DNA of 64,000 bases from Eledone cirrhosa (GCA_964016885.1 OZ024742.1:272552001-272616000); one strand, 5' to 3'; counted from the stretch's first letter, positions 40,871-55,487 are shown. The notes: generated by a model from the letters alone, not told the origin. Numbers and translations: made by a program.

Positions 40871-40921
40871 AGTTTCAGAAGATCCCGTTAAGTGTGAAAG
40901 CAGCAATTCTTTGCTTAAACT
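40871..40921 (+). ncRNA. HHR-like motif, core CAGAAGA
   Basis: Inverted partner of 39556-39606; stem II has mismatches. Confidence 0.6.
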
Positions 40922-41192
40922 TTAATCTGTTATTTTAATAAAAAAGTGATTCCACTTCATTTACTCTCATCTCGGGAACAGTTTTGGATAGCGCTAGTTC
41001 GTAATTTAAATTCAAGAATTTTATATTATTTGAATGAAAAGAACCTTGTGACGAGAATATTTCTTTGCAACGAAGGCCGTAAGGACTCCGTTTATTTTTG
41101 AGATTCGAAACCGATTCGGTAAAGGTAACTATAGTAAGTAAAGTTAATTTTTTAAAGTTTATTTTGAAACTTTTTTCCTTATTTGCTCAACC

Positions 41193-41287
<95 letters not shown>

Positions 41288-41288
<1 letters not shown>

Positions 41289-41479
41289 CGGAGGAAATGT
41301 GGCAAGGAACCAGGTGGACCATAACGCACCAAATTACTCAATACTTAGGGTAGTAGAGTGGGTAATAGGAACGAGTAGGACCCCGACGGCTGAGCTCAAG
41401 CCGTTTCGACGGCTAATTCTGGACTCAGAATTAGCCGTCGAAACGGCTTGAGCTCAGCCGTCGGGATCCTACTCGTTCC

Positions 41480-41481
<2 letters not shown>
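41288..41481. mobile_element. ~195-bp hairpin mini-element in (TA)n (family J)
   Basis: Palindrome 41366-41481 with loop GACT; homologs at 56093-56300 and 59779-59920. Confidence 0.85.
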
Positions 41482-41565
<84 letters not shown>

Positions 41566-41579
41566 CGTGTGTGTGTGTG

Positions 41580-44500
41580 TAAAGTGTAAACAGAAATTAC
41601 AACACAATCGGTACACTATATGGAAGGTATATATTAGATTAACGCTTGATATAGCAGGAAGAGAGTCTTAAGCTTTCGGACGCTAATCCTTCATCAGAAG
41701 AAAGAAAATATGAAATAAAATAGATTGAAGGGACGGGCGGTATGGAATTGGAAAAAATCTATTTAGATAAAAAATAACAGGTCCATTCATGTTGACATCT
41801 CTTGCAAAACTCTTGGTGCTGGCGTTTTGTGTATGATTTGTTTTTTAGAAAGGTGGATGATGGAGCGCGTCTACCTGAAATAGTAAAAAAAAACGTTATG
41901 TAAAAAGAGCTATTCTTGAGCACGTGCGGAATCATGTGGTTATGTGTGTGTGGTGGTGGTAGAGTGTGTGTGTGGGGGGGGGGGGGGATTATTATAGGTC
42001 CGTACGAAGTTAAGAAGAAATATGTGTGTATATGTGAGTAAAAGAGTGTGTCTACATGTAAGTACGAAGCTATGAGCAAAAGTATGTTAATACAAGGGTG
42101 TGCATCGGCATGTATTTGTTGTAAGATAAGTTGCTAATGATCAAGAGAAAGCGATAGGAATCTAGAAATGTGATAATGGACGGGGTATTAGAGAAATTGG
42201 GGAGGTGAGTTGAGTCCAAGAGGGGATAGGACCCAAGGCGGTGAATCATACTTTGTTTAGGCCTGGTGCACGATGCCTGTGCACCATGATGTAAAAAGTC
42301 TCCCAGGACTGAAATATGTATGGAAGAATGATCAGGACAACAGAAATAACGGGAGACAGGAGTACCCAAACTGAGTCGTATGTCCCTCAAGTGTTCGGCA
42401 AAACGATCCGCCATGCGGCGTCCCGTTTGTCGGATATTTAAAGACCCGCAAAGAGAACACCGGAGGGCATGAAAACGTGGGTGGATGTGCAGGTGAAAGA
42501 ATGGCGGATATAAAAGACCCGTTAGGGCTTGTAAGAGTGGTGAGGGTGGAAATAAAGGGACAAGTGTTGCAGTGGGAACGGGAACAAGGATGAGAACCGG
42601 GTTGAATCGTGGGAGAGGACGAAATGGAACTGCGAACCAGGAGGTCGAGGAGGTTGCGGGCGCGCTTAAAAGCAGTAATGGGTGGGTTTGGATAAAAGCG
42701 GGAAGTGACGGGGTCAGAGGAGAGGATACGGAAGGAACTGAGGATATGTCGCCGGATTGGTAGGTTGATGGGGTGGTAGGTGAGAGGGAAAGAAACACGT
42801 GTGTTGGGATGGCGGGGGTGATGTGAGAGTGATGTGGTGTGGTCTGTTCCATTGGCGGGAGTGAGAGCAGCTTGGATCAAGGTGGGGGATATCCACGCTG
42901 GATGAAGCAGGAAGCCATGCGAAGGGAATGGGTTTCGAAATCGTCGTCCTGGCTACAGAGTCTACGAAGACGGAGGAGTTGGGAATAGGGTATGGAGTGT
43001 TTGGTGTGGGTTGGATGGGAGGAGGTGAAGTCGAGATAAGATTGGGAGTCTGTTGGTTTAATGAAGATATAACTAGAGAGGGTGTAATGAGAGTGGTTAA
43101 TATATATATATATATATAGAATAGCGACAGAAGAATCGGAGATGGAGGCGGTGAAATTGAGAGCAGGATGGAAAGATTGGTCAAAAGAAAGAAAAGAGTC
43201 GAGCTGTTCTCGTTATAGAGAGTGTCGCCGATACAGTCGTCGATATAACGACCGTATAGCTCAAGTATCAGTCCAGCGTACTGGGAGAAGATCTGGGCTT
43301 CGAGGTAGCCAACAAAGAATTTGGTGTAGTTTGGACCCCTTCTGGTTTCCATCGCTACCCCAGAGACCTGCTGATAAAATTCACCCGAAATAGAAAATCG
43401 ATTAAGGGTGAGAATAAGCTCAACCAGGCGGAGAAGAGTGGTAGTGCTGGGGTAAGAGATAGGGTGTAAATCTAAAAAATGCTGGAGAGTGCGCAGGCAG
43501 TCATCATGAGGGATGACGGTATAGAGTAGGCGGGAAGTTCCAGGAGGGAAGGAGAAAGAGTTGAAGAGTCTAAGGGCATGATTTGTATCGAGGACGTGGG
43601 AGGAGAGATTGCCGACCAACGGGCTGTGGATGGTGTCTAAATATTCAGAAATTATCTCGGTGATACAGTTGCACGCAGAAACTATAGGACGACCAGGATT
43701 ATTTTGTTTGTTTATTTGTTGGGGTAAGTAGATGGTGGGTATGCAAGGGATGCGTACAATAACATTGTTGGCCGTGGGGTAGGTGAGAGGAGGAGATGAG
43801 CTCGTGGATGGTGGAGGACACGAGTTGTTGGTAGCAAGGTGTGGGGTCGGATGATAAATGGCGGTAAAAAAGGGTATTGTGAATCTGGCGGAGAGCCTCA
43901 GCCTGATAGAGGTCAGCGCTCCAAACCACCAGAGTGCCACATTTGTCAGCCGGATTGGTGACAATGTCATCGCGACCCCGAAGTTTGCGAAGAGCGGAGA
44001 GCTCAGTTCACGTGATGTCAGAGTGACGAGAATGCTGGTGGAAACAGAACCGATTCAAAGTAAGCCAGCAAGTATCGCCAAAGGAGTTGAGGGTGCTGAA
44101 CTGGCCAGAGTTCGGCGTCCAGTGTGATTGCCGGCATCTGAGACGAGTGAAATCATCCGTCAGTGTCGATGATGTCGTGTCCTGAAAAAACGCTTTCAGC
44201 TTTAATAGACGGAAGAACCCTTCAATCTCGGCACGTGTGTGTGGAACTCGTCGCAGGTAGATGTGGTTGGTATAAAACGCAATCCACGTGCGATGAGAGA
44301 AAACTCAGCTTCGGAGAGTGGTAGGTCCTGTGGTATTGTGACTACTGTGCAGCGTCGTGAGGGAGTGAAATAGTTGCAGGAGGAGGGGTCAAGGTGGTTG
44401 GGAAAAGCGTGTGCTGATTCAGGGGTAAATGACGGGATAGAGAGGTTAGGGTAAGAGGTGATATGAGTATGGTTGGTGAATGAGCTGGTGGTGGAGACAG

Positions 44501-44750
44501 CGACTTAAAAATGTGATGTGACTGTTGTATCGTGTTTTGGTGAAGATGATGTTGGACAGATGCAGGGACGATTGGAAGCATATATGGGGGGGGGGTGAAA
44601 GAAGCGCTTGAGAGTAAAATGGAGCTGGCGGAGAAAAGATTTGAGATTGGGCCCATTGAAGGTACTAGGGTGGGAGTGAAAAATAGACGGGTAAGAAGAA
44701 GAAGGTCGTGTAAGAAAATTGTAGTACAGAGTCGAGGAATTTTTAAATGC
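41580..44750 (-). mobile_element. Near full-length decayed PLE (family A)
   Basis: NNPGRPIVSAC, FYQQVSGVAM, LYGRYIDDCIG, CSRSHCNTCP, RQTGRRMADRFAEHLRDI. Confidence 0.92.
41666..41701 (-). ncRNA. Minimal HHR (family A), canonical core
   Basis: TCTT-CTGATGA-a-GGA ttagcg TCC-GAAA-GC-TT-AAGA; loopless palindromic stem III AGCT. Confidence 0.85.
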
Positions 44751-45662
44751 AAGAAGCAAAGAAAATTTCAAAGATATGAAAGATTATATATTCTTTAAAT
44801 AAGGCAATCATTCCTTTAAAACATTATATAGAAAAAAAACTAATGTGCTCTAGTTTGATCTAAAGCATATTTTGCATCTTCTTGTCATTGTGACTTGTTA
44901 AATGTAGCAAACAAACATCGCTGTAGGAGTATGTTCACATATACCATGTAGAATCGTTTCGAAGCTCTAACAGATCTATCATCAGAAAGACAATTAAATA
45001 ATCATAAAAATATTGTCACCTGCTCTAACAACCGATTTAACATTTCTAAACGGTTGAACATTGCATCTAGAATTATTTTTGCGTTTGCTTTATGTTTACT
45101 ATTGTTTTTAATTATGTACTGATATTAGTGTATGTTCCACGTCTGTTCCCCTTGTTCTGTGTAAAATTGTATAAAGAAATTCTTCTTATTGACTGATATA
45201 GCTAGATCTATTTTCTATTTAGTATATGCACATAATTCATTAGGACTATATATATCGATAGCATTACATTCCTAAATAAAATGATACATTACAACGCAAA
45301 TAGCTTTTGAGACACTGTAATATCAGAATAAAAACAAGGTTTAACACATATGTAGCATACGTGAAGACAATTATTATAAATGCAATGCTTCAATGTTTGT
45401 GAACGTTTATATCATACATCTAATATCTTCCACCCCATTCAATATATTCTACGACATATGCTAAACATGAAGCTAATATCACCCTAATATGACCATTTTG
45501 ATTCTGTAGAGAGGTAAGGATTCACAGAGATGAGTATATAGGTGTGTTTATGATAGCAATAGTCCGAATTAAGCAAAAATATGTAATATGTACTGACAAA
45601 AACAAATTAGGGCACAGCCGTTTCTCAATATAAAATGTAACGTTCACAGATATACAGATATT

Positions 45663-46656
<994 letters not shown>

Positions 46657-46762
46657 ACATTTTCGGTAAACCCATACGTACATATATATATATGTGTTCA
46701 TGTATGTATGCTTATACATACTGCTTTACATCTGTATACATATATGTATGTACGTATACATA

Positions 46763-46853
<91 letters not shown>

Positions 46854-47002
46854 GTAGGAGGTGAGTTTTATTGTAGTACAATATCATGTTCTCCTGTTTT
46901 ATCTGATTTATCTGATGAAAACACAAATAGTATTGCATGATGATGTTTGTTTTTGAAATGCGCATAATAAAATACATGGAACTCCTTTAACCATCTTTTG
47001 AT

Positions 47003-47112
<110 letters not shown>

Positions 47113-47360
47113 ATGTCCCACTGTGGACTATGCATTATGGAGCTACTCCATATTCTGCAATATAACAAAATGTTGCTCAATGGGAAGCTCGAGTGTACAA
47201 TCTTCTGTAGGCCACAGACACGCCACTAAATACTCTAACTACAAACCGCGACGAGCATGATTCGATTCAGTGATCTCACTACTTATTCAAAACCACCCGG
47301 ATCTAGATTGTCTACTACACTGACGCTAACGGAACAACCTCACACATCCTCATTATTATT

Positions 47361-47553
47361 GATGGATTGGCAGTATCGGTAGAAGGTCGGACGCCATGCT
47401 TTGCAGCAAAGAGTTACGGCCCTTTATGGTCTGACTTCAAATCCCACCGAGGTTAACTTTGCCTTTCATCCTTACGGGGTCGATAAATTAAAGTGCCAGT
47501 AATGTACTGGGATAATTGCTGTCCTTGTGCCAAAAGTAGAAATAATTATTATT
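47361..47553 (+). mobile_element. tRNA-derived SINE
   Basis: Same family. Confidence 0.9.
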
Positions 47554-48149
47554 AACTGCCAGTTGACCAATCGCACATCAAATCGATCTCGGCAGTCCCG
47601 CAACTATTTTATAGACACATCCTCTCAAACACAACGTAACCTTCTATCCTCACGTCTATTTAGATAATACCTTCAAAATACCCCAACCTTAATCACCCAT
47701 ATCTTATTATTGTCTCTTTTTACTTTTTATTCCCTATTTATTATTTTTTGTTTTTTTTATTATTATTTTTTGTGTTTTACGTTTTGTTCTTTATTTTTTA
47801 TGTTATTCCTTATCGTTTATTTTTAATTATTATATTTTATTATTATTAATTACTTTTTGTTCTTTATTTATTATTCTTTATTTTGATAAAACACTATATT
47901 GGAATGGAACAATACAGCACTTCATCACTGACCAGTATCTTTTCTACCACATTTTCTCTTCCCCCACTTTTTCCCTGTTAATTTTATTGTTATCGCCATT
48001 ACTATTTTAGGCTTCTATCCACTCAAGACTACACATATTACCACTAACATTGCTACTATTATTATCATTAATTTTCTTATTTGTATCATTATTATTGTAC
48101 TTTGAATGCCAATCATTGATGTTATTTAATTGGAAAGTTTGTTGAAATG

Positions 48150-51050
48150 AATATCAAGCCGCTACCTGCAGCCTCAGATATTCAGGACGTATCGGAGAGT
48201 TATTGCTGTTCCCAGCAAGCATGCCTTTTGAAGTGATCCAAAAAGCGGGGCTGGACTAATCTTCTTTAACCATCCTTTGAAATTATTTGAGATAGTACCG
48301 AGTGCGCCTATGACAATCGGGATGACCTTGATTTCATGGCAGTTCCAAATCCTTTTTAACACTATTTCAATGTGGTGCTTCACCCACTTCGTTCCGAGGG
48401 CTTGCTCTTGCACAGTCATAAGCATTCCTTCTGTAGCCTTCTTAAGGTCTCCTCTTTTTAACCAGTTCCATGTTTGTGGATCACTAAATTCAGTTTTCTT
48501 AAAGAAGGTATATAAAGGTATTTTTCCTGAAGGTTGCTCTTCCTCCTTGTTGTTATCTCCTCCTTGGACATCCCCTGGTCTATTGTCTTCTCCATCAGCA
48601 CAGTTTTGAGCATTGGCTCCCCACTGTCGCTCACATATTTATGCAGGCTGATTTTCTCTATCTGAACATACTCTTCTATGCTGATAAGACCTCTTCCACC
48701 TTCAGATCTATTTAAGTAAATTCTATGGACATCACTCCTCTTGTGGAACATGCTGTAGATAGTCAATAACTTCCTAGTCTTCCTATCCATTTCTTTTTGT
48801 TCAGCAACATTCCATTTCAGAATTCCCGCACTGTACCTAATAATAGACACAGCTCGGGAATTCACTGCACTTATGACATTCCTACTATTCAGATGTGATT
48901 TTAATACGCTCCTTACACTCCTTATGTACTCAGATCTTATCAATTCCTTCATTTATTTTGTTCTTGATGACATCTGCTTCCAGAACACCTAAATATGTGT
49001 ATCCCTCTTCGGTGTCAATTTCCTATACACTCTCACTTGTTGGTACCTGGATTCCGTTGCTGCTGTTCAATTTACCCCCTCTTCATCACTAGGACTCCAC
49101 ACTTATTAATACCAAATTGCATACATATATCATTGCTAAAAATACGGAGTGTCAACGAGTACATCCAACTCCTCCTCACACTTCCCAAAGAGTTTAAGTT
49201 CGTCCATGAAGAGGAGGGGGTTGATGGTAAGCTCTTCTTTTCCCAACTTGTATCGTGCTCTCACTTTTCGCAATATAACGGTGAGGAGTATCAGGGAAAG
49301 GAAAAACAGTAGAGGGGACAAGCTATCTCCTTGGAAGATACCTCTCTTGATCTTCACGCCTCAAATGATCCTCCACCCGATGTTAACTCCGTTTCCCAAG
49401 ACTTCAAACTTTTCCTCAACAACTGTCTGATGTTATCTGCCACCTTGAATATCTCTAGGCTTTTTGTTATCCGAGAATGAGGTACCATATCCAATGCCTT
49501 TTTGTAATCTATCCATCCCATGGCAAGACCAGTGTGCCTCCTCTAGCAATTCCTCATTACCATCTTATCAATAAGTAGCTGGTCTTTTGTACCACGGGAC
49601 TTCTTTCGGCATCCTTTCTGTTGGTCCGGTAACAAGTTGTTTATGTGGAGGTGATGGTAGATTTCCTCAGACACAATGCTTGTTAACAGTTTCCACATTA
49701 CAGACAGATATCTTATAGGTCTATAGTTCGTAATATCATTGCCCTTGATTCGGTCTTTAATTACCAGAACTGTGGTACCTTTTGTCAACCACTCTGTTAC
49801 TTCACGCGACATCAAGCAGTCATTGAACATGGTTCTCAGTTTCGGACGGAGGAATGTTATATTTTTAATCCAATACACTTGCACACCATCTGGGCCTGGT
49901 GGTTTCCAGTTGGTTTGTTTTTTGGCCTGCCCTTTAAGAGTTTCAACTGTGATACTAAAATCAGGTTGTTGGTGTGCTAGTTCACTTATCTCCTTTTGAA
50001 CCGTCTGCATCCACACTGCTTGACTATTATGTTCAACATCCTGCTCCCTTATTCCTCTCCAGAATGTCTTAGTCTGTCCGCCTCAGGGATCACGTCGTTG
50101 CCTCTTTATTTTCCCTTCAAGCTGTCCAAAAACCATTTTCTGGTTGTTGTCAAACATACGGTTCTGTCTATACTGACTGACTCTGTTCTCATGCCGCCTA
50201 ATATTTGTACTTTTTGCTACAATGCGTTTCTTCATTTCCTCTATGATAATATTTAGCTTTTTTCCCCTAGTTTTGTATTTTATTTCCAATCTATCTTTAG
50301 TGTCTATGTTTTGTAATGTCCCATTCAGTAGGGACTCAAGCTTTCCAATGTCTTTTCTCATTTCCTTGATTTGACCATTCAGTCGTTTCTTCCACCAAGG
50401 TTCTGATCTTTCTTGTTTGTTGTTTCCTCCCGTTTTTCTGCCAAGTAATTTCCTCACGGCATTTGCGGTTGCTTGGAGGATATTGTTGCATTAGTGAAGG
50501 TTCCTCGCCTCAATATATGGGATGACTTTGTCTACCTTAGCTGTTGTTTTTTTAACTTTTTTCTCTCTACAAATCATAAGTTCATATATTTTCCACTATC
50601 ATTGTTCATTTTATCTACCACTAAGTTCAGGATATCAGCCAAATCTTGTCCTAGCCCGTCAGCATTTATTTCCTCAATGACCGTATCTTTGTTCCAGATG
50701 TTATGCATACGTTTCCTATAGCCTTTTTCCATGTGGTTACTCTTCAGGTAACATTTCATGGCAGTTCTATTCAATTCTTTCGTCCAGTTGGTTCTTGTCC
50801 CTTTCCTTCTTCTTCCTCCAATATCAGCAGTATTTGGATGACAAACAGGTCCCTGCTGCTGGGATGGGGAGCACTTGCTGGGTGAGAGTCTTTCACATGA
50901 CATTCCAGTCTCCTTTTCACCGTTATTCGAACTGTTTAGGTTCGACATTCAAACACTCATATCGAGGATTGGTGAATGTATGGTTACAAAACCACCGGAT
51001 ATTTCATCACCACCGGTGATTTTAGCGTGGCACCATCACGGTGTAGACGA
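48150..51050 (-). mobile_element. R4/Dong-clade non-LTR retrotransposon, decayed
   Basis: NWKPPGPDG, NYRPI, QKGCRKKSRGTKDQLLIDK, RGIFQGDSLSPLLF, LLFMDELKL, EGGRGLISIE, IPIVIGALGTI, LQKACLLGTA. TAA-rich 3' flank on the minus strand. Confidence 0.9.
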
Positions 51051-51297
51051 ACATAAATAAATAAACAAATAATAAATAAAAACATAAAGAAATACCCATA
51101 AATTTCATTGTAATGTTTGAATGCCTGACTTCGTTTTTTTTTCTTTTTGTTTTTCAAGGCCAGTAACATCGGTTACCTGTGATGATGTTGCTGCTGCTGC
51201 TGTTTTTGATTTTAGCTACGCTAAGCTCGTAGTCATAGCATCGAGGGCGGTAGGGGTGTTGCGTTCAAAACTTTTGAAATTTGTTTTTCTAGAGTGG

Positions 51298-51352
<55 letters not shown>

Positions 51353-51563
51353 CGTTTCTGAATTTGTTTAGCAAGATTCTTTATCTTAAATCGTGTGTTG
51401 AAACCGATATTGTTATACTTTGGGAGGTTCATGTTGCCAATAAGAAACACACGCACCAGTTGCTTTCACTTCAATTTATTATAATAAATTTATAATAAAT
51501 TTATAAATTTATAAATTTCTGGTTGGTTGGTTGGTTCCACAACCAGATAGTTGTTTATATATT

Positions 51564-51606
51564 GTCATAGTTATTTCGTCACACACTCTGTGACCTCTTC
51601 AGAGAC
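51564..51606 (-). ncRNA. HHR (family C), stems I and III mutated
   Basis: CTGAAGA-g-GTCAC..GTGAC-GAAA core intact. Confidence 0.65.
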
Positions 51607-51696
51607 TGGGGATTCATTTCTTTGTTTCTGTGCCTCTCCTTTGTTCTGTCCTACGCCATTTTGAAAATGGCACAGAAACAAAGAAAGGAATCCCCA

Positions 51697-51739
51697 GTCA
51701 CTGAAGAGGTCACAGAGTGTGTGACGAAAGAACTATGAC
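51697..51739 (+). ncRNA. Type I HHR (family C)
   Basis: GTCA-CTGAAGA-g-GTCAC agagtgt GTGAC-GAAA-GaaC-TA-TGAC. Confidence 0.85.
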
Positions 51740-51917
51740 AATATATAAACAACTATCTGGTTGTGGAACCAACCAACCAACCAGAAATTTATAAATTTAT
51801 AAATTTATTATAAATTTATTATAATAAATTGAAGTGAAAGCAACTGGTGCGTGTGTTTCTTATTGGCAACATGACCCTCCCAAAGTATAACAATATATAT
51901 ATATATATATATATATA

Positions 51918-51933
51918 CAGAGAGAGAGAGAGT

Positions 51934-52018
<85 letters not shown>
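51918..52018. repeat. (GA)n microsatellite
   Basis: Directly visible. Confidence 0.95.
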
Positions 52019-52021
<3 letters not shown>

Positions 52022-52890
52022 GAAGTTGGAAATAGCACGGACAATATATTTAAGGATCTTTTTTTCTTTTTGGGTTCGTCAAAGGGACATTATTGAAAAT
52101 ATAACATTATTAAAAAAAATGAGAGGGCCAATTCTTTTTTGAAAAAAATGTATAATGTATATGAAGTATATGAAGAATTCCTCTTTTCGATGTGTTATTA
52201 AAATCCATCTTATCAAATGTCGGGTGTAAACAATTACAAGATCATCAAAATCAAAAGGCAACCACAATCACTAAACACATTCTGACTGGAACAGAGATAC
52301 ACAAAACTATCTCCAACATTACGGTAACAAAATGCGGAAGAACAAACTGTGGTACATGCCTATACTTAACTGAAGGACATACATTCACGTTTAAAGATGC
52401 CACACTTTCACAGTGAAAAATAACTTCATTTGCAACTCGGAGAACCTAATCTATGTAATCATATGCGGTGACTGTCGACTTAGCTATATAGAACAGACGG
52501 GGGTGTCACTACGCAAAAGAATGACCATCGATCGCTAACAGACCCGAGACGTAAACACAAGGAAAATCCCCTTAAGTAGCCACATTGCAGACTGTGCAGG
52601 AATGAATCTACTCAACTTTAAAATATCCCCCTTTACAAGTGCTACGATTATTTCACTCAACAACAAAGAATAAATCAGGAAAACATATTTATTAACAAAT
52701 TTAAACCAAAACTAAATATGTAATCACCCTAATTAGCCCCCCCCCCCCCCCTCCCAACAAACACACACCACAAAGAGATCTGTGACAAACAGGCTGAAAC
52801 ACACGCACAAATACACACACACACACACATATACCACAACCCTCTTGCTACCCACACACATATGTGCATTGTTTTATGCGTATGTTTGTG

Positions 52891-52932
<42 letters not shown>

Positions 52933-52934
52933 AA

Positions 52935-53778
52935 TCGCATTTTCGGCGGGCAGGAAAAAGCGAAGCGAAATGCAAAAATGATAATGATAATGGCAAAGTG
53001 CTCAATAGTTAAAAAAAAACACAGCTAAACAATGTGTTAAGAAGCCATACAAAACTGAAAAAGTGGTCAAGAAGGCATTAACCACCCAAGCCAAAAACCA
53101 AATCAAGCTAAACAGGTCAAAACAAAATAAATGATACAAAATAAATGACAACCAGACCTGAACTCTCGGAATTGCTGTTAAAATCCGATGTAGAGTTTCT
53201 GTGACACCTAAATCAAAATATAGTCTGCTTAAAAATATAAGCTTTGTGTATAACGATCGAACAAGGAATATCACGTTATCAACAGGTATTTCGCTCTGTA
53301 CCAAATAAGTGAATGTAAAGGTGCTAAGTTAAACCACCTGTGGAAATCACAAAGGGGAAAAACCCCATATTTTGGCAAAGTAATTCAATTGGTGTAAATC
53401 ATGCTAAAAATAGCATAAATAGCACATATAGAATAAGTTCTCAACCGAGAAGTTTAAAATAAACTTATACAATAAACCTGCCAATAGAAATTATTAACAA
53501 GTTAATTGTAAGACACGGGAGATTAATATAAATAAAGATTCAGCGAGAATCGCATTTTCGGCGGGCAGGAAAAAGCGAAGCGAAACGCAAAAATCAGAAA
53601 TGATACTGGCAAAGTGCTCAATACTTAAAAACCAGAGCTAAACAATGTGTTAAGAAGCCATACAAAACTGAAAAGGTGGTCAAGAAGGCATTAACCACCC
53701 AAGCCAAAAACCAAATCAAGCCGAACAGGTCAAAACAAAATAAATGATAAAAATAAATGACAACCAGACCTGGACTCC

Positions 53779-53780
<2 letters not shown>
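52935..53780. repeat. ~230-bp direct repeats (52935-53165 and 53549-53778) inserted in (TA)n
   Basis: Near-identical units; paralogous ORFs 53002-53304 and 53618-53893. Confidence 0.88.
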
Positions 53781-53816
<36 letters not shown>

Positions 53817-53879
53817 TATATGTTTGTATATATGTGTATGTATGTGTATGTATGTGTATATACACACACACGCTCTACA

Positions 53880-54354
53880 AAATAAGAGGACAAAATTACC
53901 CATTGCAGTAGTTTCTGCTACTTATACGCTGGCTTTTATTAAAGAATTTTTTTTTTTTTCTAATATTTAAATTTTTGGATTCTGGGAATCCTTTGAATTT
54001 TAGGTTTTAATTTTTGAAAAATGTTCACAAGTCTCTGAATCGTGAATAAAAATATTTTCTTAATTCCCTACCACAAAGGGATGTGTGACAAACAGGCTGA
54101 AACACACACACACACAACAAACCCCTTCCCACCCACACACATATGTGCACTGTTTTATATATATATATGTTTATATGTGTGTATATGTGTGTGTATATAT
54201 GTATGCTATTGATACTCTGGCTTTTGTTAAAGAAATTTTTTTGAGAACATTTTTTTTTTAATTTTTGACAATTTTCTGAATTTTGAAGAACAAAATTATT
54301 CTTAATTTCCCACCTCAAAGGTATCTGTGACAGACAGGTGGAAAAAAACACACA

Positions 54355-54389
<35 letters not shown>

Positions 54390-54480
54390 GTGTGTGTATT
54401 GCTAAAGGGTCTGTAACAGATAGACTGAAAACACACACACACACACAGACATATGTGTGTACTGTTATATATACACCCTC
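53880..54480. repeat. Degenerate tandem units containing tgtgacaaacaggctgaaacacac
   Basis: Motif at ~52780, 54084, 54327 and 54411. Confidence 0.7.
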
Positions 54481-54804
54481 ACTCTATATATATGTATATA
54501 TATATATGTACATACACTCCCTGAGACCACATTCCAATAATAGAATTTCTCATACGATCCTATGGCTGCTTCTACAGAATTCACTTCTAACTAACAATCA
54601 CCTATCCCCTTTTAAACTATTGACCACTCAATTAACATAATGCACACACTGGCTCTTTTTCAAAACACAACTTCCTTCTGTGAAGGAAAACAAGTAATCT
54701 TCTCTTTCCACCCAATTTTTCAGCAAGAAAATGTATTCAAAACATTTGATTTTCATTTTAAGCCCTTCGTTTTTAACTCCTATTAATTCTTTTAATTTTT
54801 TTAC

Positions 54805-54990
54805 GGTGGATTGGCAGTATCAGTAGAGGGTCGGACGCCATGCTTTCCAGCATAGTTACGTCCATTTACGATCTGAGTTCAAATCCCGCCGAGGTTGACT
54901 TTGCCTTTCATCCTTACGGGGTCGATAAAATAAAGTACCAGTAATGCACTGGTGAATTGCTGGCCTTGTGCCTAAAGTAGAAACAATTAA
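54805..54990 (+). mobile_element. tRNA-derived SINE with 23-bp TSD
   Basis: attaattcttttaatttttttac at 54782-54804 and 54986-55008. Confidence 0.94.
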
Positions 54991-55117
54991 TTCTTTTAAT
55001 TTTTTTACAGTCAACATTTGATGAGATGGATTTTAATAACACGGTAATACTTCATAAAATGTTTTTTTTTTCAAAAGAATTGTCCCTCACGTTTTTTTAA
55101 ATAGTGTTATCCTTTCA

Positions 55118-55307
55118 ATAATTGTTTCTACTTTAGGCACAAGGCCAGCAATTACCCAGTACATTACTGGTACTTTATTTTATCGACCCCGTAAGGATGA
55201 AAGGCAAAGTTAACCTCGACGGGATTTGAACTCAGACCGTAAAGGGACGTAACTATGCTGGAAAGCATGGCGTCCGACTCTCTACCGATACTGCCAATCC
55301 ACCGCCC
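55118..55307 (-). mobile_element. tRNA-derived SINE with 16-bp TSD
   Basis: ttatcctttcaataat at 55107-55122 and 55308-55323. Confidence 0.94.
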
Positions 55308-55442
55308 TTATCCTTTCAATAATGTCACTTTGACGAATCAAAAAAGATAGACAGACCCTGAAATATATTTTCCGTGCTATTTCTAACTTCACCTTTTCTC
55401 TATATCCACTGTTTTGTATAGAATCCCTACTTCCCTTTTCTA

Positions 55443-55480
<38 letters not shown>

Positions 55481-55487
<7 letters not shown>

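Larger units (their letters stand above)
39497..40942. mobile_element. Non-coding foldback element, family B copy 2
   Basis: Arms ~39535-39912 and ~40563-40942; homologous to 645-2415. Confidence 0.85.
51353..51895. mobile_element. Head-to-head pair of family C tails (non-coding foldback)
   Basis: 51408-51633 is the reverse complement of ~51670-51895. Confidence 0.92.
52019..55400 (+). mobile_element. PLE family H 3' fragment with inverted tails and nested insertions
   Basis: KCGRTNCGTCLYL, NLIYVIIC..YIEQTG, FINKFKPKLN (52230-52722). 52019-52230 is the reverse complement of 55003-55395 once the SINE is removed. Confidence 0.75.
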
